Origin: the human T2T-CHM13v2.0 reference genome, Homo sapiens
Assembly (NCBI RefSeq): GCF_009914755.1
Contig: NC_060935.1
Length of the DNA: 64,000 nt
Strand: one strand, 5' to 3'
Both the position numbers and the translations under genes were made by a program. Numbering within the stretch: the first letter of the stretch is position 1; each line of letters starts with the position of its first letter. This document shows positions 14,496 through 27,790 of this stretch, piece after piece. The notes beneath the pieces were generated by a model that saw nothing but the letters and a program-made list of their open reading frames with translations, searched no databases and was not told where the DNA came from.

Positions 14496-17400
14496 GAGTG
14501 GTGTATTTACTGGGGTGCCTTTCTAGTGTATCTAATAGGTATCCCTTAACATTATCTGACTTATAATTAGTTGGGGGTACTTATTAGTCTTATCTATTAG
14601 ACTGAAGATCTCTAAAGATAGGGGAGCTTCTTATCTTTATTCTTTTTTGTGCCCAACCTTGTCTCTTTATGTGTAAGTTGAAGCTCAGGAAATGTTGAAT
14701 TGAATTCAGATGAAGTATTTGTGCAAGTATAATCTTCTCCAATTTGAGTATAAGTTTCGTAAACTCAAATACATTTTACACATTTGTATAATAATTAATG
14801 TTGCTTAACATCTCCGTATAAGCCAGACATTACTCTAAGCTTCTTACATGAATGCTCTCATTTAATCCTCAGAGCCACTGCACAAGATGACTGTTATTAT
14901 TCCAATTTTATAGATGAAAGAATTGAGGCCTACCCATTAATGCCTATAGGTGGCAGAACTGAAAGTCTAACAGGCATTCAGAAGTGCAACTTTTAACCTC
15001 ACAGAAGATTACTCAGCTATCTCCATACCCCAAAAATCCACAGGGCATTGCGTGAAGTGTTGGTGATGATACTGATAGTTACACAAACCAAGATGGTAAC
15101 AGTCTGTCACAATGTTATCAGAGTTTTAGCTTGGCAAGTCAAGGACTTTTATTTCCACTGATTGCTTTTGTGAAACAGTAGTTTTGTAAATTGCAAACCA
15201 TTCATATTGGCTCCAATAGTCTGAGGCCAGATCTAGCATGGTAAAGCAAGGGAAAGGAATTATGTTGCCTGAAAGAGGCTAGCAATGCCTGCTGATCTAC
15301 CCATTATTGTGTGTCCCCCTGGTCCTTCCATCCTGCTTCCTCCAAAGTTATCTTGTTCACCTTTTTTAATTTTGTTAGCTTCTTTGCCTGGACCAGCATG
15401 TATAAATGCAATCATCCACTGACCCATTATTCACCCATTATCCTTACCATCTGGTAGCCTCTGTGCCATGATAGATACGATTGACAAATGTGTAAGACAA
15501 GGGTCCATTCTTCAGATGCTGAGTTATTGACGGAGATGCATGTACATAACGTCAGTGATGTAGGATGTGATGGGTGCTAGAAGAGGCACACAGGCAGACT
15601 GTTACCCAAGTTCAGAGGAGGGAGGAGTTACTTCTAGCTGGAGGAATTTGGAAAGACTTAGTGGAGGATATAGCCTCTGCTATCAGCTCTGAAATGATAT
15701 ATGCCAATGACAGCAGATAGAGGGGAAAAGGAGAGGAGAGAAGGAAATGCCAGGGAGAAAGGACTGTTCAGCTGAGCTGACTGTTCCTGGAGTGAATATT
15801 GGAGAATATATTTATCCAAAAGGACAGCTTACATCTTTTTATATCAATCAGAGCTTGTTTGTAAACAGGGCAGTGAAAGGCATACTGGTACCTTCTATCT
15901 GATTCGAAGTGGTACGGTGTATTTTTTCTCTGTTTTTGTTTGTTTGTTTGTTTGTTTGTTTGTTTTGTCTATGGGAAGCTGTCATCTGGTGATATCTGAG
16001 AAAACTTAGCCTTGACAGTTGGGTAAGATTTCAGCCAGATTATGTAGAGGTAGAGATGGCATTCTCATAGGAAAGAAGACATAAGCAAATGTAGGGAGAT
16101 GCAAAAACATGGATGGCTTTAGTAGGGAAAAAATGGGTTATGTAGAGGAGCAGAAGAAAAAATTTCATATAATAAAGACCTTAGAAACCAGGCTAAGGAG
16201 CTGGACATAATTCAGCAAGCATCAGAACTTTAATGAGTATTTTTGGGGTTACATGATCAGAGCTAGGGAGACTGGATTGTCACTCCCTAAACAGCAGGAC
16301 TTTGATTCATTTTTGCATTCACCAAACATAGCAGTGGACCTGGATGAATAAAGGTATACAGAACGGATCAGTTTTATTGTTAGTATTTAGAACGGCTCAT
16401 CGGAGGAGTCCACAGGCAAGTGAGGTTAGTCAGAAGGCTATTGTATTAATGCTGAGAAGAACTCATGGGTCCTAAATGATAACTCCTCTAGTGGAGATGG
16501 AGAGAAGGAGATGTAAACAAGTGGTGAGAGTAGTGAGTGAAAATAGAAATGGCAGGGATAATAACTTATGGTTTGGGGTACAGGGCTGAGGAGATGGGAG
16601 AGGAGGATGAGGTTTATAGGTTACCAAGTGAATGCCAGTGCATGTGAAGGGAATGATGGATTGCAGATAGTAGGAAATTTGCTGAGTTTAGCTTGCAATG
16701 TTTTAGGAGAGGTACCATAGTGATTAAGAGCACAGAATATGAAATTTGTGCATCTTGCATCTGCCTCTCATGAACTGTTTGATCACTTAACATTTCATTT
16801 GTTTCCCCATTAGTGATAGGAGGATAATAATAGCACCGATTTAAGGTTAGTATGATGCTTAACTAAGCTAATATTTTTAAAGCTCTTAGAACACTGCCTG
16901 CCAGATAAGAGCCACATAATTATATGTTAAATAAAATCAAATTATTAGGGAGCTTTCCAAATCTGTATCCAAATATAGAAGAATGAAAGGGCTCAAGATT
17001 AGAACATGAATGGCTTGTGAGGCACTTGTTTTTCCTCCCTGATATTTAGGAATTCTTGATTTAAGAATATTCATTTTGAGTTTAGTGGCACAGTATTTCT
17101 TTTTCATCATTGGCATTTCCCATTTCATTTTGCATATTAATTTTTGGAAATTTCTATGATTTCTCAAATTTTCATTTGATAATTTTTGGTGCAGGATCTC
17201 AGCCTGTTAGTATGCCACAGGGCTCGGAGGCAGTAAATATGAAAAGGTAAAGCATAATAAAGGCTTGGGTTTCATATTATTTCGGTGGTTCCCAGGCAAC
17301 TCCTGCTAATTACTAATGGAGTGTGATTGTATCTTCCTTTCTCTAGTTTCATAGCTGTCTCTTTTTCTCTGTTTCATGACACCACTTGTACTTCTGTTTG

Positions 17401-20400
17401 AAGACTACCATTGAGATTATTGGGTAGTTCTGAAGTGGGGGTAGTTACCAGTAAGCCAGAAGTCAATGAAGTCTGAAGTCACCATATAATGTTCTTAGGG
17501 TTTTTGGAGGCTACCATGGCCATATTTGCCTATTTGCCAAATGATGTCAGTTGCAGAACATTGTTCTCATCAGTAGAGGGACTCCTGAATGTTCTTTGCT
17601 ACCATTTGGAAAGCTACTGAGAGAAAAAGAAGGCATCTCTTCAGATTTCCCTGGACAGACTTAAAGAGACTTTAAAAAGATTAAAGAAACTTTAACTCCA
17701 GTCATGCTTTAAAAAGATGGAGAACATGGTTAAGTGAGGCTTATTATAGCTAATAGATCAGTTTATGCTAAGTCAAATTTATGATATTGCAGAGTAGTAA
17801 TTTCATATTATTTTAATCGCTCCATGCTCTATAATAGTATACTGGGACCCTGTTTGTCTGTGTATTTATACCTCTCTATATAAACAGATACTTGGGATTT
17901 GGACCACAGTTTGACTTTTTTCAGTAACTATAGAGGCTTAGTTTGTTTTGTCTAATGTATTGTTAGTTACACTTTCAGTCTTTAAATATGAATGCAGCTG
18001 TTCAAAACAATGGAAAAATAAGGTTCATTTTATGATTTCTAGTAATAACATTGTGACAAATGCAACGACCGGAAATGTTTTAAGATAAAACTTTTTTTTT
18101 TTTAAATTAACTGTGGGTCATCTTTTTTTGTTTGTTTGTTTGTTTGTTTTTGTTTTCTTTTTTAGTGCTTCCCTTTCCAGCTGTCCGGCTGTCTGGGGAG
18201 ATGTAAGAAAAGGTATCTGACTTAGCCTTGGAGGAAGGCTTACAATCTAGTTAAATAGAAAAGCCTATTATAAACCTGAAGCATTTCAAAAACATGGCCT
18301 GGTTGAATTGTGATGAGCTCCCTGTAAGTATAAAAGGAGATGGAGAGAGATGAGTATGGACTGAAGTAACAAGCCTTTGTTACCTCAAACCTTTGTTACC
18401 AGGACTGGATAGAATTCTGGTTTGGAAAAAGCAAGTAAATTCTAGGGCCCTTTCAGGTGGGAGGAGCATTCTCAGCCAAAGACCTGAGGTGGGTCAGAGC
18501 TGAGGAAATAGGAAAGTGTGGCTAGAGTGAGGCTTCTTTGTTATATAGTTTGGAAATGCCCTCTGCCTTCTTTAGAAGGAAGTGAGTTGAGTTTCCAGAT
18601 CATCGAGTTTTAAGTATGCTATTGGGGGCAGCCTGAGGAGCCTGATATTGGCAGCCTATTCAAAATGACGAAAGAATCATCCCATTGTTCTATCAGTAGG
18701 AGTAAAATGTGGCTGTGAAACATCCCTTGTATGCCTGGGCAAGCTATCTTCCTCCTTTCCTCCCCTTAGCCTACCCTACTCCCACCACAAAAAAAAAAAA
18801 AAGGAAAAGGAAAAAGTAAAAGAAAAAGAAAACCAAGAAAGCAGCAGACATCTTTCCTTCCTCTTATTGCCACCTTTTAACTTGATTTAGTTATTCTCTT
18901 CACTATCTTTTCTGCTTTGTCGTATACTGTGTTTATATTTCTTTTCCTTCCAATGCAGTTTGAAGCTATACTTTATTATGACAACTGAAACACCTTAAGC
19001 AATGTGTTTGTGTATTCATTCTTATTTTACATTAATCCGAACCACATTTCTTCAGTGGCAAATGATGGGCTTGTTGCTAATGACTGGAGATTTAAATCAT
19101 TTCCAGAGCAAGAATTGTACGTTTCTTTCGATTTCTTCATCTAGGTAGAATACTGCTGCTGATGGTGAATATCCAATGACCATCCTGTGGTCCAGATAAA
19201 TGTACGGGTAAAATATTGTGACATTTCACCATGTGACTCTAAGGGAATCCTTCCATAAGACCTAGGTAGGGTCAAGATCTCTATAGGGTGGCATTTGACA
19301 CCTTTTGTATTAAGGGTAGACATTTCAGTACTTGTCTAAAATACAAATATTTTTAATATTTTCGTTCCAGAATAAAATTTGGAATTTTCTCAAAGCATAA
19401 CCTTAATTTGTTGTAAATTCATTTACAAATTTTAGAGTGTATCTTTAGACTAACTTAAGAATTTCTCATGGATGACTATTTTTCAACGTTAAAAAAAAAT
19501 TTTTCTATCATTAGTGTCCAAATGAGTTTCTATTGAATCAGTGGTGGATTATAGGGGTGGGTAGTGGGTGGCAGGTGGGTATATCAAGTTCTGGTCTCTT
19601 TCTATAATAATAATACATAAAATGGATTACTGTTTGTTTCACTGTTATTTTCTACAACTCTATTGCTTTTCTTGTAGAAAACATTGGTAAATTGGATCTT
19701 GCTTTCAAATTTCCTTCTGAAAACTGTTCATCCTTCAATTTCCTCAGCCATGGTGGGGATGATTGAATTATTTCTACACTGTTTGTAGACTACAGTGATT
19801 TAATCTGAAAGACTTCCAGATGCTTTGAGAGCAGTGATATTCTATCATTATAGAATGCTTTGCTCCATGCCTGTGTGGACTGTGTGGTCCTGTTCTACAG
19901 TGTATGCAGTTTGATTGTTACCCTTTTTTCCCACAGAGTGGAAAGTTTTGCAGTTCACAAAGGTAATTACTTATGACCAAAGGGTGGGAGACATCTTTAG
20001 ATAATTTAGTGGCAACAGGAACTAACCCCCAAGAATGAACATATTTATCCATATATAGCAGCCCATAATGCAGATACTGGGAATTTGCTTTGTTAGCCAA
20101 AAGTGAGAAGGTTAAGGATGATTTCAGAAGTGGAGTGTTTGCTGGTACTCTCATGTGACAGAGGAGCCTGCCACCCAGACAGGTGACAGGCACACAGCTG
20201 GTGGGAGTAACAGCCATGACTAGAATCTCCAATTTTCCCACTTTTTCAGTCTGGCTGATCTCCACCCTGTATTCTGCTGTCTCAAAGTTCTATTTTTCTT
20301 CCCAGCAAACATTACTAGGTCAAATTAAATTTAGAAATGAAACTTGAGAAGCCCAGACAATTGGTAGGTTCGCACTGAAATCTTTTTGAAGAAGAAAGAA

Positions 20401-23400
20401 CTGGGAATCAACATATTCCTTTTAGGTCTAGGAGCACCATTTGCTTCATTTAATTTGGTCTGCTTTGTGAAAGATCGTGCCCTGGAAGACAACTTGCAGG
20501 ATTGCCTGTTTTAATCCACCTTCTTTTCCTCAGGATGGTGGATCACCTCTTGCTCCAGCACTGCCTCTGGAAAGGGTTATTTCAGAGCTTTTTCAGCAAC
20601 TAGAGTTAGGGTAGAAATCATGTGACATAGATTTTCTTCTTTAGTTGGCTTCCCTCCATCAAATTTATGTGATTGAGAAACTAAGACCACATATGGTTCA
20701 GTTTTATATTACAGAGGCTGTGTCTGGTTGAGGCTGGTAATTCCCTAGTGTCTTAATTGGCCAAAACATCCAAATCACCAATTTAATCCAAGTATTACTA
20801 GAGGGAATATTTTCTTTGGAGTTCCCTGCAGGCCCTTGAACTAAGCAACAACCAGCAAAATCTGAGATAGTTTTCTAACTGGAAAAAGCCTCTGTTTTGT
20901 TAACTCTAAACTCGTGGAATTATCAAGACTGTCAGAGAATATTAGGTTATCAAATATAAACAATTATTTATTTGTCCTTATAAATAATGACCTCCTCTGA
21001 GAAGCTCTTATGATGATATCATCAGTGAAAACAAGGCATTGCCTCTAATAAAAATCATTTTTACCCCCAAAACCACACCTATATTTAAAGGTTATGTCAT
21101 TATTGAGGATATTTGAAAAGAATGTGCTATTCTGACAGATTTCAAAAGTAAAATTCTAAAACAAAGATTTTCAATCAAGTAGAGCATTGCTGAAAAAAGT
21201 AAGGGCATTATTTGGCCATGAATTTAACCATGAGTTTATTAGAATTATTAGATTATAATTAAGACAGTGTTTGTGCTTTTGCAAATTAAGTATATCTGAA
21301 TGCACTTGCATATCCCCCACCCACCGGCAGCATGTGGGGAGTAGCCTCTGGAAGTGAAACTGTAGGAATGTTTGTGAGAAGGTTCCCAGGGTAGCATAGA
21401 GTTAGTATTCAATAGCTTGGTGGCCACATCTTTTCTGCACATGCTTACATAGATTGTGTGGTCTGCTCTTGGCCTTGTTTTTAAGTTAAAGTTTAATGAT
21501 GCTTGCTTTAAGGCTGCCCTCACTGTTTTTCAGTCATAGACTACTAATGACTGAAGTCCTTTCAACTAGAAAGGGATGACAGGAAAGGTTAAGAGAGAGA
21601 GTTGAGAAATGAGAAAGAAAGAACAGAAAGTCATTAAAATTTCACAGGATCAGTACATACAGGTTATTGCACTAGCGTCTACACTGGAGTCCCGAATACG
21701 GATCTAGGAAGCACATGAATTCAATAACTAGTTGTATATATGATATATGATGATGACTTTTTGTCAAAATCTTCATGAGCTGGGAAATTCAGCATAGTGT
21801 AGTGAAAAATGTAGGGCTCTAGCGGAGACTCTTCTCCTAATCAACTATATATCATCATAGATGACAGATTTAATCTTGGAGTCCATGCTCTGAATTTTGG
21901 GGTTATAATCATTTCCCTCCCTACTCCATGATTTGTGTATAAACTTATGTCTGTGAAAGCAGTTTGACATCCAAGTTTTGAATAACCTTACCTCTATTAC
22001 CACACATTTTGCCTGATTTTATAATCATTCCTTACTGGTTTCTTTCCCATTCTAAGCTGTAGGCTCCTTGAAGCTGTGTTACTTGTCTCAGAAGCCTTAG
22101 CACATAGCACAGCTGGGCTGAATAATTGTTATGAGTGAATGTTTTTATAAACAAATTAATAGACAAAGGAGGATGGTTAACAACATTGGGAGTATGGTGC
22201 ATTCATCACAAGGAATAACATTGTAACTCTGAAATAGTAATGGCAATGGAAGTGCTTGTTAGAAAAATTTTACAGCATCATTTTCATTGATAAAATTAAC
22301 AATGAGTAGCTCCTAGAAATTAGAAATACCTTTACTTAATCAACTGGCATAGACTACCCATTCTTGTTTAATAATTAAGTAATGTAGATGCTTTCAGGCT
22401 TCAAATTATTATATTGTCCTTATATTATGTTCTATGTTTATTTCTCATACTATGCCTTGTTCCTGATTCAGTTGGGTGTTACTTCTGTAACATTTTTTAT
22501 GAGAAGAGGGCATACCGATTTAATAATATAAACAGTTCAACATAACTTCATAGGACAATTGAAAATGCTGCATTTAGTTTTAGGAAAATGTTAGCTCTGA
22601 AACCTTTAATGGCATTAAATAAAGTGTTTTGTTTATATCAGCCATTCAAATAAAAACAACACGATTTTTATTATACCAGAATAAGCACTTTTACCATTCA
22701 TTTAATGCTTAATTTGTACGTGAAGAATATTTGGATATTGGCATCTGGCTTGTGTTGTCTTGGAGTAAAGAAAACATGAATGGGAGCTTCCTCCAGTACC
22801 GTGTTGGCTGTATGTGCAGTTTTCTGCATGGATGAGATGACTCTGTAGTGTATATTTTACGCAGCATGCTCCTTAAATCTGCTTCAAAGTGTCACTCCCA
22901 GGTTTCTTCTTCTGTTTTTCATTCTTTTGCTGCAGTCTTTACAAGTCCAGCTTGTGTGGGCATGTACCCACATTCAGTGTGCATGTGTTTTATGACTCCA
23001 ATTTAGGCAGCTGTTTTTGAAATGTAGTCTTTTGTGTTTATTTATTTGCTTGGAAATGCTCAGCATTGCTAGAAAGCTCTGTACATAATGGGATGAGGAA
23101 AACCATGCAGTGGCTGAGTTCCCGTGGCTGTCAGATGTTGTACTTCAGTAGAGTTTTTGATCGGTTCCTCAGAAGCTTATGTCCAGGGTTCCTGAGTCCA
23201 AGTGGGTAGACGAGTTATTATTTATTCTAGCTGGTAAAATGCTGTTTTTTTTCTCTCTCTCTCTCTTTCCTTCCTTTCCCCACACCTCCCCTCACTTCTC
23301 CTTGAAAGTGTTATATTGAAGGATTCCACCTAACCCTTATTCCAGGGTTTTAATAATTTCTGGACAAAGAATTTTAAGAAAATATTTCTGTGGCTTGGTG

Positions 23401-24181
23401 TGGAATACGTCCTATAATTTCCTTTTGGGGAAACACATGAATGAGATGGCTATTGAACGTATATGTTATCCATTTTGTGGACTTTCTGTAGTTTGATTTT
23501 TAAATCCTAGACTGACTATCCCTGCAACTCAGGATGCTTCTACATGTTTTCAGAGGTTTATACTATGGATATCCAAAGTAGCCTTAATATTATCTTAGGG
23601 ACAATATCATTATAAAGTTACTTGATAATTACACTGAATCATTTAATACATTTCAAGACTATACAGATGTAACTTTGGGTAATTTGTGTTCTTCTCTCAT
23701 GTACCATAATTTAGAATTTATTATCATTACATTTAGGTAAAGTGAATTTATCTAGACCTTACCAGCTCCTGAGTATCAATGTAGTTATATTAACAGTAAT
23801 AGTTGAAGTTTTACTTGCTTACTTCACCAATTTTAAGATTACAAGATCTCTAAACCCCCAAATTTCCTGTTCCCACCTTGTAAATTTGGGGACTCCTCAG
23901 GGACTGTCTCACCCTCCCTAAGAAATCCTTCCTGCTCATGTCACCCCTGTCTCTCTGGGGTATGTAATTCTTTCTGCTGCTCAGCTGGGAAAAATATTTT
24001 GCCGTTGGTTTTCTATACAGAAGGGAGTTACCAGATCAAGCTAGAGATTTTCAAAGGATATTTGCAAAAGTTAATTACACAATTCTTTAACATGGATTTT
24101 AAAAAAAGAGGAGGGTGGCAACGGGGAAAGAATTTTGTGAGAAGGGTTTTTTGGGTGAATTTTGTTGTGAGCCTTACATCC

Positions 24182-24481
24182 TTTTTTTTTTTTTTTTTTT
24201 TTTTTGAGACTGAGTCTCATTGCCCAGGCTAGACTGCAGTGGCGTTACCGCAGCTCACTGCAACTTCCGCCTCCTAGAATCAAGTGATTCTTCTGCCTCG
24301 GCCTCCCGAGTAGCTGGGATTACATGGGCTGCCACCACGCCCAACTAATTTTTGTATTTTTAGTAGAGATGGGGTTTCACAATGTTGGCCAGGCTGGTCT
24401 CAAACTCCTGACCTCAAGTGATTCACCCATCTTAGCCTCTCAAAATGCTGGGATTACAGGCATGAGCCACAACGTCCGGCC
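24182..24481 (-). mobile_element. AluS-type element
   Basis: Full Alu; TSD agccttacatc at 24170-24180 and 24483-24493. Confidence 0.9.
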
Positions 24482-25869
24482 AAGCCTTACATCTTTACAT
24501 AGAGTGATGGGACCTTCAATGGAATCACTTGGAAAACACCATGTGATTTTCCCCTAGTTGTGGGGTCATGGTAGTCTGGTATGCAACTCATACTTTGTGA
24601 AGCTGATGTGGCCTGTGGCATGTGGAAAAGACAGCACAACTTGCAGCAGGTGGCTGCATTCCTAACCCAAAGGTGCATGGATCCCAAGGGCCTGTTGGTG
24701 AACCCACAGTGGAAATGTTTACCTGGGGTCATTTTCTACAAGGGTAATGCCAGTAGGATGGGAAACCTCATCAGTATGAGGCTGTGGGGAATACCATGGG
24801 GTATAGAAGCTGAGGGGTAAGGTGTGGCTGGCCACAGGAGAGGCACTGCCCACATTGGCAAAGTCATAGTTGTGGAGGCCTACTAAGGAAGTAAGTCTCA
24901 AATAACCTGTGAAAATAATATTCACAAGAGAGAGCTGGCTCTAGCCCATCTCCTTGGCCAGAGAAAAGGAATCTTTAAGTATCAAGCAAGAACTTTCCTT
25001 CACTATGCCCCACAGTGATCTTGGAAGTGGTTAGTAATAGAAAAGGAGATGTGTGGAAGAGAAAAAGTCAACTAGAATCTACCCTTTACAAAACATAGGT
25101 TCTCTCCTTCACCACATGGGAGTGGGGGTAAGAGATTTAGAGGCTTTTTATTTCCTAAGTGTTCAGAAAAGCCACAGGGTCTGCCCACAGTCTCATCCCT
25201 GAGAGCAGGTGAAGGACTGCTGCCTATCACTGAGCAGGTGAAAAATGGGAAGTAAAAGTCATGGCTCTTAACATTCCAGGGGTCCTGCTGTTGAGAATGC
25301 CTTGCTTTGTTTGACACTATCAGTCCTCCAAGTGGTCTCACTTGCCGCTAAGTGCTGATTTGTAGTCAGTGGCAAAGCATGAGGGTAATACTTTTCTTCC
25401 TTTTGTGTTACACCCTTTAGAAGGATTTTCCCCAGTTTAAAAAAAAAAATCCTTAGTGTTTTGCAAAGTTCAGGGGAAGAACTCTTGTGGTTTTGCTTAG
25501 AGCTTTCTTTATTTCAAGCCCTCAGAGCTGATCCAGGGACAGATTTGACAAATTGCTGCTATACATGCTGTGCTCACCCCTGTTCTCTGATGACTGAGCT
25601 TGTTTGTTCAAGGAAACTACCTCATTGTCTCTGACTAGGCTTCTGTGAAATAGTAATGCAGTTCACCAGATATGCTCAAATATGTGTGGACCCCTGGTGG
25701 TGGTTTCAACCTGAGCAAGGTATGAGGAACCATTATAAATAGGCATGCATCAGGGTATCAGAGCTGCCTAGACAGACCTGCAGAACTCTCAGATTCAACA
25801 TACATGACTTTAAGGGGGAAAGGGCCTACCTACTATTAATTGTTGAAAGATACTGCTTTTCTGTTTGTC

Positions 25870-26031
25870 TTTTTTTTTTTTTTGGAGACAGGGTCTTGCT
25901 CTCTCACCCAGGCTGGAGTGCAGTGGCATGATCCTAGCTCGCTGCAGCCTCAAACACCTGTGCTCAAGTGATCCTCCCGCCTTGGCCTCCCAAAGTGCTG
26001 TGATTACAGGCGGAAGCCACCATGCTCGGCC
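25870..26031 (-). mobile_element. Monomeric Alu (left-arm-type 5' half, right-arm/FRAM-type 3' half); probable donor of the inverted duplication
   Basis: The reverse complement starts GGCCGAGCATGGTGG and ends GACCCTGTCTCC followed by A14. Confidence 0.9.
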
Positions 26032-26109
26032 TACCTTACCATTTTGTAGATGTGTAAAGTGAGGCCCAACAGTTGCCACATGCCCAGGATGCACAACTAG
26101 TGAATATTA

Positions 26110-26650
26110 CAGCAAGCAAAGTAATTTTGCACGTTTGGCTGCAAGTAATACAAAACACAATAGTGGCTTAAATCATTAATGAGTTTATGGGCCTTATGCA
26201 AAGAGGAATCTGGAAATAGGCAGCCAAGGTGATGCCTCCAGGAGTGCAGGCTCCTTTGCTCTCCTTTCCTGCCATCCTTAGTCTGTGGCCCTTATCCTCA
26301 TGCTTGTCACACCACAAGCATAGCTTTGTGGCAGTTGGCACTTTCTGGCATCAGGTTCATGTTTCAGGCAGGAAGAATGGTGGCTTGGGGAAAAAAAGCA
26401 TGGTGGCTTCCGCCTGTAATCACAGCACTTTGGGAGGCCAAGGCGGGAGGATCACTTGAGCACAGGTGTTTGAGGCTGCAGCGAGCTAGGATCATGCCAC
26501 TGCACTCCAGCCTGGGTGAGAGAGCAAGACCCTGTCTTCAAAAAAAAAAAAAAGACTTTCAAGACTTTCAAGAACCTCACCAGGTTAATTCTGCTATCAC
26601 AGGACCAGTCATAGTTACAAACTGGGTTGGAGATGTATTTTAACTGGACA
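26110..26650. mobile_element. Old MLT1-type (MaLR) LTR fragment interrupted by the duplicated Alu monomer
   Basis: tagtggcttaaa...ctgccatccttag...atcctcatg...ttcaggcaggaagaa, typical of MLT1J/K; boundaries approximate. Confidence 0.55.
26397..26556 (+). repeat. Inverted near-identical copy of 25867-26026
   Basis: 159/160 identity by manual comparison, same A14 tail and the same 3 flanking nt (gac). Confidence 0.95.
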
Positions 26651-27624
26651 CACTGGCAGCTCTAGTAGTGCTGACCAGGGCATGCAAAGAATCTTCTTAG
26701 CTTCAAAGGCATTACCCACTTTACTATGATACAGACAGCTCCTCCTCAGTGACTCCTCCTCTGCCCCCTAGGGTGGCCAGTGACTGCCATATTGTTCAGT
26801 GATAGAAATTACCCTTTTTCATATTGTGCATGCATATAATAAACTTCAATTTTGGCATTTTCCAATGGTTAATGATTCCTTTATCTGTTTACGGTTGTAT
26901 GTTATTTTCCCCCTTGTTGTCTGATTGGTGATTATTATAAATTGTTTCTAAAATCTTCTAATTACCCAGGTATTCCTTGATTATAAATCACATGAGCAAA
27001 ATCGGCTAGTTCTTTACTCTGAAGTTTATTTTTAACAAAATTCATCCATTCATTTAAGATGTTTACAATTACTTTGTGATGATAAGACTAAGTCCTAGAG
27101 TTCATACTTTTGCAGCATTAGCAAGGACAAAATTCTGATCAAAGCTACATACTTTGGATTCTCCAAAGGTGTGTTTGTATCTTTCAAATATGTGTTCTGT
27201 AGGACAGTAGAATAACAATAAAAGCAATATTAATAGGATGTTAGTAAGGGCTCAGAAGTTAAAATCTTCTTCCATGGTCAGATTACTTTGAAAACTCCTT
27301 GGTTTAGTAACTTTTATTTTTATACTAGAATATATCTCAATTTTCAATATTACACATGCGTGTGTCTCACCAGGAGGAATATATTTCCCAAGCTTGACGA
27401 GACTTATACTGAATGCTCTTTGGAAGACACTATCTGTGAGGCAGCAACAAATTGCCTCAGTAAGTAAAAATACCAATTTCATAGTAGCAGTTTGGAAAAG
27501 GATACCATGCTACTTAAGATTCATATTGGCAACCTGTGACTGTAATTTGAGTGGTTTGGTGGCTGCTGTAATATGGAGAGCACGCGCTTTCCTTCTTGTT
27601 CTTAGTGAGTTCTGCTGAGAACAG

Positions 27625-27790
27625 AATGATTGCTTCTGAGTGTAGACTGTGGAGCCGCAGCGTCAGCCTCGCCTGAGTGCTTGTTAGATATGCATGATGT
27701 CAGGCTTGCTGCGGACCTACTGAACAAGAAGCTGCAGTGTCACAAGATCCTCAGGTGTTTCTTGTGTGCATTAAAGTCTGAGAAGCCCTG
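27625..27790. mobile_element. MER5A-type DNA transposon
   Basis: gcttgttagatatgca...gacctactgaa...caagatcctcaggtg...aaagtctgagaagccctg. Confidence 0.7.

Noticed and set aside
24500-25000. GC-richer block with overlapping ORFs
   Set aside because: Looks like an old LTR-derived fragment I cannot assign; no splice-bounded or recognisable protein.
25810-26643. Same peptide on both strands ([17 protein letters not shown]...) suggesting a duplicated gene
   Set aside because: A by-product of the inverted Alu-monomer duplication.
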